Shown here piece after piece: positions 46,599-56,956 of a stretch of 64,000 bases of DNA. Positions within the stretch are counted from its first letter, which is position 1. Every line of letters starts with the position of its first letter. A program made the translations under genes and the position numbers. Source of the DNA: Azolla caroliniana (lineage: Eukaryota; Plantae; Polypodiophyta); the NCBI GenBank assembly GCA_043228905.1, contig JBHGNT010000011.1, forward strand, positions 13,516,001-13,580,000. The letters are read 5' to 3'. The notes below the pieces were generated by a model, which saw nothing but the letters and a program-made list of their open reading frames with translations, made no database searches and was not told where the DNA came from.

Positions 46599-49500
46599 TG
46601 TTGGAATTACGGTCCCTTTCGGATGGGATGGTCGGATGTCAATGCCGACGAGCCCGGTTTCGGTTTCGGATCCGGATGATGAAGACCCCGGCTTCGGTGC
46701 CGGATGACGGATGTACCCAGAGAGCGTTCCGGATGCAGGGACATATCCGTGAATATGTTCGCTATGGGCCCCTGAGGCTATAGTTGTAAATAGCCCAAAG
46801 TCATATAAGTATAAATATGACTTAGGGCAAATAGTTTTAGAGTTGCTGCTTATTTTTCTGTTTTTCCACTCAAGGGGAGTGAAGCGAGAGCAGCCGCGAG
46901 AGAGAGAGAGAGAGATAGAGCGCGAGAGACGAAGAGGTAGACGCCTCTGTGTATTTCCGCCGCCTGTGGCGAGGACAACGAGCTCAAGGTCGTCGCCTTG
47001 CAGCTCGCCATTGTATACTTCTCTGTATAGTGTTTGGTTTGGAGTCTTGTACTCCCGTGGTTTTTCCCGTCTAGGGTTTTCCACGTTAATCCCTGTGTAC
47101 TCGCGTTTTATTTTGTTTCTACGTGTGGTTCCTATTTTCTGCTCCATTGACCCGCGATTAATCGGTTGTGGCCGACTGAAGAAGGTGAATAGAAGGTTCG
47201 ATTCCCAACAAACTGGTATCAGAGCGAGCTGTTGCAGAAAATGGAAGGCGGCGGCAGCGGGCAGCCGGGAATGATGGTGCTGAATGCGCTGAATTACGCC
47301 GACTGGAAGATCAAGATGGAGGATCTTCTGATTGTTCGGGACCTGTACGAACCGATTGACAGGTCGGAAATACCGAAAGGGGTACTTGAGTCGGAGTGGA
47401 AGCTCCTGAACCGGAAAGCCGTAGCGACGATCCGACAATATGTCGATGTGAGTGTCCTACAACATGTGGCGAACGACACCAACGCATATGAGATGTGGAA
47501 GAAGCTGTCGGGCCTCTACGAGAGGAAGAATGCCTTGAACCGGACCTCCCTGATGAGGAAGATAGTGAATCTCAAGTACCGGGATGGCGAGAGTATGGTG
47601 GAACACGTAAGCACGTTCATGGGATTCGTGAACCAGCTTGCGGCGATTAAGTTCCCGTTGGAGGATGCAATGCAAGCCATCATCCTGATGTGTACATTGC
47701 CGGAAAGCTAGGAGAACTTGGTGGTGACTCTCAGCACCTCGTGCACCGAAGATAACTTGTCCTTACAAACGGTAAAGACAAGTATTTTGAACGAAGAAGC
47801 GCGTCGGAGAGATAAAGAACCGGCCTCCGACACGAAGGCGCTGCTTACCGAATCGGATCGGGGAAGACAATGGAACCGGAGTCCGCAAAGACGGGAGAAG
47901 TCGGGGACCCGGTCGCAGTCAAGAGGAAGGCCTACATGCTTCCACTGTGGGAAGCCGGGGCACTTCCGAAAGAATTGCCGGCATTACCGAAAAGACAACG
48001 GAGCCGACGACACCGACTCGAAGAAGTCACCGGAGAGAAACGGTGCATACCGGGGAGCCACGGACCGGAGAGGTTCGGATCGGCGAGGGCAGGATCGGAA
48101 AGGAACAACGGCACTCGCGGCAAGTGAGGAAGAAATCATGCTCATCACCGAAGAAGGTGAGCTAAACGTTGCCGGCGATGAGACGACCTGGGTGGTCGAT
48201 TCCGGAGCATCGTTCCACCTGACCCCGGAGAGAAGATACTTCTCATCCTACACAGCCGGTGAGCATGGCTGTGTTCGGATGGGAAATGAAGGTACGTGCC
48301 GGATTGCCGGCATAGGAGACGTGTGGTTGACAACCCCGACCGGATGCAAAATGCTGCTGAAGGATGTCCGACACGTTCCGGAGGTTCGATTGAACCTGAT
48401 TTCGGCCGGGAGGCTAGACGATGAAGGCTACACTGGTAGCATCCGGAACGGCGTAATGAAGTTCAGCAAGGGGAGCCTGATAGTGGCTCGGGCCCGGAAA
48501 GACAACACACTGTACCTGATGAATGCCCGGTTATGTCCGGAAGAGCTGAATGTGGCAACCGACACTGTCGGTGAGCTGTGGCACAAGAGACTGTGCCACA
48601 TGAGTGAGAAGGGGATGAAGAGGCTTGCAGAAGACAACCTCATCCCAGTGAAGCATGTGCACCTGGAGAAGTGCACCGATTGCCTGGCCGGTAAGCAGAA
48701 CCGAACCTCCTTCCACTCAAGGCCACCGACGAGACGTAGCGCACCATTGGAGTTGGTGCACACTGACGTGTGTCAGGTAGAGACGAAGTCACATGGCGGA
48801 GCCCAGTACTTCGTAACATTCATAGATGACCATAGCCGGAAGCTGTGGACGGCACCGTTGAAGACAAAGGACCAAGTATTGTCTGTCTTCAAAGAACTCC
48901 ACGCGAGAGTGGAAAGGGAATCCGGCAAGAAGCTGAAAGCGATACGAGCGGATAACGGAGGGGAATACCGGGGGCAGTTCCAGGAGTACTGTCGCTCGAA
49001 GGGAATCCGGCTCGAGTTTACTGTGCCGAAGACGCCGGAACTGAACGGGCTGGCCGAGAGGATGAACCGGACCATAATGGAGAGGGTCCGGAGTATGCTG
49101 GCGCATGCGAAATTACCCAAGGGGTTTTGGGCTGAGGCAATGTCGACGGCGACATACGTGATAAACAGATCACCCTCAGTACCTCTGGACGGAGACACGC
49201 CGCAGAAAGTGTGGACCGGTAAGGAAGTGTCCTACCGGCATCTGAAGGTGTTCGGGTGTCTCGCATACGTGCATGTGGCAAAGGACCGGAGAGGAAAGCT
49301 AGATCCAAAGACCCGGCCATGCATATTCCTCGGTTACGGCGACGACGAGTTCGGCTACCGAGTATGGGACCCGGTCGACAAGAAGATATTCAGGAGTCGA
49401 GACATCATCTTCATGGAGGACAAGACACTCGCCGACTGGGAGTCGGAGAAGAAGATGAAGAGCTCCAAGTCGACCGGTGAGGATCAACTCTACGAGGAGC

Positions 49501-51936
49501 AGTCCCGACCGGCAAGGGACCGGTTAGCACTCGAGGATCCGGCCGAAGACGGTGTAGAAACAGAACCGGCCGAAGAAGATGAAAATGATACCGGAACCGG
49601 CCCCGATCCCGAAATGGATTCGGATGAAGAAGAATCAGAAGAACCGGTTACCGAAGCTCCGGAACGGAGATATCCTCTAAGAGAGAGAAGGGCCCCCCGG
49701 AGATTTCCGGAACCAGAGCACGTGCTGCTAACCGACGAGGGGGAGCCGGAGAGCTTTGAAGAAGCAAAACATGACACCCAGAGCCGCAGGTGGTTGAGTG
49801 CCATGCAGGACGAGATGGATTCCCTGCATGAGAACCACACATATGAACTTGTGGAGTTGCCGAAAGGAAAGCGGGCACTTCGAAACAAGTGGGTGTTCAA
49901 GCTGAAACCGGGAGATGCCGGAAACCCCCCGAGATACAAAGCCAGGATCGTGGTGAAGGGGTTTCAGCAGAAGAAGGGCGTCGACTTCGACGAGATATTT
50001 GCCCCGGTAGTGAAGATGACCTCCATCCGGACGGTGCTGAGCATAGCGGCAAGCATGGACCTCGAGGTAGAACAGATGGACGTGAAGACGGCATTCCTTC
50101 ACGGTGACCTCGATGAAGAGATCTACATGCAGCAACCGGAAGGATTCGAGAAGAAAGGGAAGGAGCACCTGGTATGCCGGTTGAAGAAGAGCCTTTATGG
50201 ACTGAAGCAGGCTCCCCGGCAATGGTACCGGAAGTTCGACTCCTTCATGACCGACGAAGGGTACCTCAAAACGCAGTCCGACCACTGCGTGTTTGTGAAG
50301 AAGTTCGAAGGAGGAGACTTTCTAATACTCCTCCTGTACGTGGACGACATGTTGATCGTCGGACGGGACCAGGTCAAGATACGGATGCTGAAGAAGGCTC
50401 TTTACCGAACCTTCTCAATGAAGGACTTGGGTCCGGCGAGACAGATACTAGGGATGCACATCATCCGGGACCGGAAGAAGAAGCGGTTGTGGTTGTCACA
50501 GGAGAAGTACGTGACAAAGGTGCTTCACCGGTTCAACATGTCGGAAGCAAGACCGGTCGGATCGACCCTCCCGGCAAACTGCAAGCTGTCCAGCAAGCAA
50601 AGTCCCAAGACAAAGGCTGAAAAGGAGGATATGATGAAAGTGCCGTATGCCTCAGCCGTCGGGAGCTTGATGTACGCCATGGTGTGTACGAGACCGGACA
50701 TAGGATATGCAGTCGGAGTGGTGAGCCGGTACATGAGCAATCCCGGCAAAGAGCATTGGAACGCGGCCAAGTGGATACTCCGATACCTGAAAGGCACGGC
50801 AAACGTGTGCCTCCGATTCGGCTCCGGTAAGCCCGAACTCGACGGCTTCACCGATTCGGATATGTCGGCTGATGCAGATACCAGCCGGTCCACATCAGGG
50901 TATGTGATGACGTATGTAGGGGGAGCCGTTTTGTGGCAGTCGAGGCTGCAGAAGACGGTTGCATTGTCAACCACGGAGGCGGAGTACATGGCAGCTGTTG
51001 AAGCCGGCAAGGAAATAATATGGATGAAGGACTTCATCAGAGAGCTCGGTATCCAGCAGGAGGAGTACCGACTCTACTGCGACAGTCAGAGTGCAATCCA
51101 CCTTGCGAAGAACGCGGCCTATCACTCCCGGACGAAGCACATCCAGCGAAGATATCACTGGATCCGGGAAAGGATAGAAGACAAGGAGTTCGTGCTGACA
51201 AAGATCCACACGGACGAGAACGGGTCGGATATGCTGACCAAGGTCCTCACACCCGACAAGCTGGAAGCATGCCGGAAGAGGATCGGATTGGAAAGACATC
51301 CCATGCCGAAGTGAAGGGGGAGTTTGTTGGAATTACGGTCCCTTTCGGATGGGATGGTCGGATGTCAATGCCGACGAGCCCGGTTTCGGTTTCGGATCCG
51401 GATGATGAAGACCCCGGCTTCGGTGCCGGATGACGGATGTACCCAGAGAGCGTTCCGGATGCAGGGACATATCCGTGAATATGTTCGCTATGGGCCCCTG
51501 AGGCTATAGTTGTAAATAGCCCAAAGTCATATAAGTATAAATATGACTTAGGGCAAATAGTTTTAGAGTTGCTGCTTATTTTTCTGTTTTTCCACTCAAG
51601 GGGAGTGAAGCGAGAGCAGCCGCGAGAGAGAGAGAGAGAGATAGAGCGCGAGAGACGAAGAGGTAGACGCCTCTGTGTATTTCCGCCGCCTGTGGCGAGG
51701 ACAGCGAGCTCAAGGTCGTCGCCTTGCAGCTCGCCATTGTATACTTCTCTGTATAGTGTTTGGTTTGGAGTCTTGTACTCCCGTGGTTTTTCCCGTCTAG
51801 GGTTTTCCACGTTAATCCCTGTGTACTCGCGTTTTATTTTGTTTCTACGTGTGGTTCCTATTTTCTGCTCCATTGACCCGCGATTAATCGGTTGTGGCCG
51901 ACTGAAGAAGGTGAATAGAAGGTTCGATTCCCAACA
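46599..51936 (+). mobile_element. Full-length young Copia family-B element (B2): LTRs 46599-47210 and 51325-51936 (612 bp), PBS 47214-47225, TSD TATGG
   Basis: TATGG at 46594-46598 and 51937-51941; LTRs differ at one position seen by eye (GACAACG versus GACAGCG). Confidence 0.97.
47241..51314 (+). pseudogene. Copia gag-pol with one premature stop (TGG to TAG at 47709-47711)
   Basis: Colinear with the B1 ORF; LPES*ENL here versus LPDSWENL in B1. Confidence 0.93.
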
Positions 51937-51941
51937 TATGG

Positions 51942-54238
51942 GTGTCGTGACAACTTTGGACGATTTGAAGGCGATAGGAGCAATTGGGGACATATACAAG
52001 CTTTTTAAAGAATAACAAACCATCATGATATTCGAATTGTCGGTAGTCCATACCTGGTTGCTGAGACTGAGAACAGGATGCCCGAGAGGTATCAATGTGC
52101 GCCAGAATGTCTTGAGCAAAATTGTCCGTCTTCAAATTCGCACGTATGGTGTCGATAATCTAGGAATCCATTGGGGTGTGAAAAATCCGCGTTGTGTGCA
52201 ATCGTGTTGGTCCCAAGATTACTTGCTTTTGATTATCGAACACGGGATCACCAGGACGAGGTGCAAGATATGAACGCCGTTATAGTGCATTTGCCTTTCC
52301 TTGCTGCTTCTCTGCTCGATATGCGATTTTGAAATCAAAACGTGTGAGGAATTGAGCCCACCTAGCTTGCCGTCGATTTAGCACACGAGCGTTCTGGAAA
52401 TAAGAAAGATTCTTGTGATCACTGAAGATGATGACCTGATGTGGAGAGCCCTCCAAAAAATGCCGCCATTGCACAAATGAATCCACGATGGCTAATAACT
52501 CCTTGTCATGTATTTCGTAGTTTATTTCCGTAGCATTGAATTTGCACGAATGGAAAGCCACAGGATGTAACTCTTCTTTATCTCCTTGTTGAGAAAGGAT
52601 GCTACCGAGGGCGAAATCTGATGCGTCGGCCTCCATGATGAATGGTTTGCTTGTATCCACATGGGCTAGAATAGGTGCTAATGTAAAGGCTTTCTTAAGA
52701 TGCCGAAAAGCCATGTCCGCTTCATTGGACCAAAGAAATGCTTGTCCCTTCTTCGTAAGTTGTGTGAGAGGTAAAATAATCTTCGAGTAATCCTGTATAA
52801 ACTTGAAGTAGAAGTTAGCAAAACCTAGAAAACATTGTACATCTCGTACTGACCGTGGAATTTGCCACTCTAGCACAATTTGGACTTTAGCTAGATCCAT
52901 GGAGATGCCCTTTGAGAAGATAACGTAGCCTAGAAATTCCACTTGCTTGCAGTCAAAGCTACATTTTTCTAGCTTGGCATAAAGACCATTCTCGCGGAGT
53001 CGGTTTAGTACTAATAGTACATGAGAATCGTGCTCTTCCTGGGTCTTCGAATAAATCAATAGATCATCCAGATAGATGATCAAATAGATATCCAAGAGGT
53101 CTCTGAATATATCATTTGCCATGTGTTGGAAGACTGCAGGTGCATTGGTTAGACCGAACGACATAACAATATATTCGAAATGCCCATACCGCGTGCGAAA
53201 GGCAGTCTTCCATTCATCTCCCGGTCGGATCCACACGAGGTTATACGCTCCTCGTAAATCGATTTTTGTAAAAAACTTGGCACCATTAACTTGCTCTAAA
53301 AGACTTGATATAAGAGGAAGTGCATACCTATTCCGGATGGTGACCTTATTTAAGCTGCGGTAATCAACGACAAGACGAAGTGAGCCATCTTTCTTCTTGA
53401 CAAAGAAGATGGGTGCTCTGGCCGGAGATTTCGAATGACAAATAAACCTGCTTGCCAAGTTCTCCTCTATGTAGGCTCGAAGGACTTCTAACTCGGTGGG
53501 TGACAAGTTGTAGATTGGTCCCCATGGTGGCTCTGCTCCTGGTTGTAAATCGATGGGACAATTGTAGGGACGATGATGAGGAAGAGTACCGGCTTTTACC
53601 TTGTCAAATACGTTGGCATAAGGATGATATTTCGCCGGAAGTTGCACTAAGGATTCCTCCTTAATATTGTTGGAAGGATGTACTGATATGGCAAATAGGA
53701 ACATTGCCTCCTTCTGTCCTTCTTCACGTAGTTGACGTAATGAAATGGTCGAAACTCGATGAGTAGATTCTTGGGGTTGTCGATATCAGACTTCTCTTGT
53801 TCTCCAATCTATGTCTGGATTATGTAGTTCAAACCAAGTTAATCCTAGGACAATGGGATGCTCTGGACTACTAATTATATTAAATGATACTACACACACA
53901 AAACTACCTAGGACAACTTGAATGGGTTCGAACTCTTCTACAATATTCCCGGAAACAATGGGATGACCATCAATGACTACTACAAATGCGGGGCAAGGAA
54001 GTTTTCTTAAGGATATCTAAGAAGCTTGGGCAAAATTTCGATCCATGAAACAGGATTTGGCTCCGGAATCTAAAAGTGCTAGGACTTGTGCTGGGGGAGT
54101 ACTTTTAGTACTAACCATGACTTGGGCTAGGAACACATTGCTAACTTTCTTGGAGGGAATGGAACCACTAATGGGCTGTACAGATCTAGGGCTGTCCAAC
54201 CAAATGGCTCCTATTTTGACTGGACTAAATCGTTTAAC
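51942..54238 (-). pseudogene. C1 pol: protease, RT, RNase H, start of integrase
   Basis: ALLDSGAKSCF; IDLRGAYNL; YLDDLLIYS; [15 protein letters not shown]; [12 protein letters not shown]; SDHKNL. Confidence 0.93.
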
Positions 54239-55116
54239 TCTTCATCTAATTGACTAAGGATTTCAAATTTGTTTGAGATACTTGGGCTATTAGTACTATT
54301 AATACTATCAGACACTCTATTAGTACTATTAATACTATCAGATACTCCTAAGGGAAAAATTGACTCGGGTTTAGTACATGCTACGATTTGATTTACCTAT
54401 CTTCTTGGGCTATGGGGACAATTGATTGCGATATGCCCTGGTCCACCGCAATAAAGACATAATCGATTTGCACGGCGTCGTTGCTTTTCTTCTTCCGATA
54501 ACGGGCCACATCGACGCATGGCGTCGATCTCCATCAGTGTCGAAGTATTTGCTTGAGGTACGTTACGTGTGAACGCTTTAGCCGCGACTGAGGCGTATGT
54601 GGGCTCCGGCCTAGAGCGTGGTATTTGTAATTGACGTTCGGAATGCTGTTCGAAAAGGCGGTTGTCACATTGGACCGCTCGACTGATTGCCTCCGTAAGA
54701 GATTTTGGTTCTTCGAGGAAGGTTAAAAATAAATCTTTTACATCGTTTCGCAGGCCGTAGCGAAACTGCTCCATTAGTGCTTGACCATCCCAGGGAATAT
54801 CGGAGGTGAGTAGACGGAAATCCGTTGCATAGGCAGAGGCTGGACAATCGCCTTGACGCAATTGTTGGATCTTGTTGATCATCATCCTGATGCTGTCGGT
54901 GTCTCCAAAGCAGGATTTAAACTCACTAATAAAATCTTCAAAGTTATTAAGCAAGGACGATTGTTTTTCTAGAAGCGGAGCAAACCATGCTAAGGCTGAG
55001 CCGCTAAGCAACGTGCCTATTAGGCCGACTCGGGATGCATCAGTGGGGTATCGGGAAGGATGCATTTGGATAACTAATTGTACCTGATTAAGGAATCCCT
55101 TGAATTGCGATCGCGT

Positions 55117-55858
55117 TGTTGTGCCTTTCGGCTCCGGATCGTTGCGTGAGTCGGGTGGGAACCGCTGGGGTTTTGGACTAGGAGGAAAGAAAATTCTAAG
55201 GCAATTAAGAATATGAAATTATTGTAAGAAAGAAAGATATGAAAAACTCGTGAATCCCATGAGTATAGTGTATTAGTGAGTACTCAAATTAAGAGAGAAA
55301 AATAGTTAGCAAACTCGTGGATCCCACGATTATATTATATTAATCAACCCTTGTAAAATAATCAACAACCTCTATACATCTTTCTCTCTTCCTTATATAG
55401 TGTTGGAAGAGTCTAAGTTTATCACATGCAAGCATCATGCTTTTCCTATCTTTAGTTTCATGCACACTACATGTGCATGATTAGCTTTCTATCTCATCTT
55501 TTCTTTTAACTCAAGTGTCTATGCATGAATAACTTTTTGTACTATGCATGTCTAGAATATTTACATGGGATAAAGTTTAGTATAACTTTGAAATTCATAA
55601 TATGCTAGTATAATGGTAAGGCTTAAAAATCGTTAACATGGAGGTATAAGGTTTGAATCCTGCCCTATGAATGTAACAATCTTTTCTTCTATTTACAAAT
55701 TTGTCTCTTCATCCGGTTCTCACCGGTTCTTCCTTACCGATTCCTCCTTCCAGTTCTCACCGGTGTCGTCCTTACCGGTTCCGAATCGTTGTGTGAATCG
55801 GGTGGGAACCACCGAGACTTTGGTACGTTTCACGTAGTGTGTGATTCACACTACGACA
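55117..55858 (-). mobile_element. Solo LTR-like insertion (742 bp, TG...CA) with 4-bp TSD GCGT
   Basis: GCGT at 55113-55116 and 55859-55862; removing it restores FDGTRSQF in the C1 gag. Orientation is inferred from TATATAAG on the minus strand near 55392-55399. Confidence 0.85.
55606..55665 (+). promoter_or_regulatory. tRNA-like Pol III A box / B box in the solo LTR
   Basis: TAGTATAATGG at 55606 and GTTTGAATCC at 55651 (45 nt apart, as T8 and G53 in tRNA). Confidence 0.55.
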
Positions 55859-56292
55859 GCGTTCCATCAAATTTCATAGGAAGTCCAATCTTTGACTCTT
55901 TATGAAATCCTTGGAGACTTGATCCTTGTTGTTGCAATGCTGCTTCGAGTTGTTGTACCCGTAATGCTAACTCCCCATGTTGTTGCTACGTTTGTTGTTT
56001 TTCTAGAGCGATTTGTTGCAGATCCCCTATGAGCCGTTGGTTTTCTTGTTCAAGGGCAACAAATTTTTCTTTTAGGCACTGTAGCTCGGAGAAAACGGAT
56101 TGATATTCTTGGGCGCTAACAGTAGCCATAGTATAGGGAAAAGGGTAGGAGGATGAGGGAGAACGACAAGTAGACTGGAGGAGAAATTTGGTTCAAACTG
56201 TCAAGAATAGTACTAAAGCATAGAGAGAATTAGTACTAAAGAAGAGAAGTACTATTAGTACTAAGAGGACGGGATCGCGTAAGATTCCTGAC

Positions 56293-56343
<51 letters not shown>

Positions 56344-56565
56344 GATAACAACTAATATATTATGTGAAGGATAAGTACAAAACGGCTAAGAGGCTTAAGA
56401 CTGGAGTTGAACCAATTTGGTTCAACATAATGCCTAGTGCCTTCTTTTATAGTGTTCTCAGGAGTAATCCTGAAGCTTCTAGAATGTTCCAGAGAAATCT
56501 AGAATATACATTAATTTCCTATAATAAAACTTAAATGAAAATAATATTCTACGTATTACAATAGA

Positions 56566-56623
56566 TGGTATAATGGTCAAGAGCTCGACCTATATAACAT
56601 AAGGTCATGGGTTCGAGTCTTGC
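56566..56623 (+). promoter_or_regulatory. tRNA-like Pol III A box / B box in the C1 5' LTR (antisense to the element)
   Basis: TGGTATAATGG at 56566 and GTTCGAGTC at 56611 (45 nt apart), with AGGTC before the T-arm. Confidence 0.6.
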
Positions 56624-56956
56624 TATATCATGACACGAACCGCCATAACAACAAGGGAGAACCCCCCAAGCTTTTTCGAATTGCAATCCATGCTAATGGT
56701 TGAGGAGCCATACACGGTCGAAAAGCACGACATCTGATGGGCAGGTGCTATATACACATGATGATCTCGGTTGAGGTCACGATCATGGTCGTGGAAATCG
56801 GAGGAGGAATGGCCGAGGAAGAGGTGGACGTCGTCCACAACAGTTTAATTCCAAGCAACAAGAAGGTCGAAACAGCCCAGGGAATTCCGGTATCGTGAAG
56901 ATTCTGGGCCATGGTGAGAAACCGGGGAATATCAGAAGAATAGGCGGGGTGGAGCA

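Larger units (their letters stand above)
54397..56129 (-). pseudogene. C1 gag (sushi/PEG10-like), interrupted by a solo LTR
   Basis: MATVSAQEYQ..coiled coil..KFDGTR|SQFKGFLNQV..LLSGSALAWF..LMEID..CLYCGGPGHIAINC. Confidence 0.9.
44946..56635 (-). mobile_element. Chromovirus (Tcn1/sushi-like Gypsy) C1: 5' LTR 56199-56635, 3' LTR 44946-45306 (about 97 bp lost next to the PPT), TSD CGAAC
   Basis: CGAAC at 44941-44945 and 56636-56640; TGTCA...TGACA termini; PPT AAGGGGGAGA about 45310-45319; order gag-PR-RT-RH-INT-chromodomain. Confidence 0.93.
43858..56956 (+). mobile_element. 5' fragment of a diverged Copia family-A element (A4): LTR 43858-44289, PBS 44290-44301, gag 44452-44945 plus 56641-56956 (split by C1)
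   Basis: TGTTGAGAATCAAGCTCAAG...TTTACA plus TGGTATCAGAGC; gag KLDKHNYVSWEYKMHQYL..KYGSFRT resumes as AITTRENPPSFFELQSML after C1; rest of the element absent. Confidence 0.88.

Noticed and set aside
47195-47205. Perfect B box GGTTCGATTCC at the U5 end of the B2 LTR
   Set aside because: No convincing A box 45 nt upstream, absent from the B1 LTR, and partly forced by the terminal ..TTCCCAACA inverted repeat; not counted with the tRNA-like modules.
47709-47711. Programmed stop-codon readthrough between gag and pol in B2
   Set aside because: The TAG replaces a conserved Trp (TGG in B1 and B3) in mid-gag and lacks a CARYYA context; it is a nonsense mutation.
56560-56635. Functional tRNA gene
   Set aside because: Acceptor, anticodon and T stems do not pair properly; only the promoter boxes and spacing are tRNA-like.
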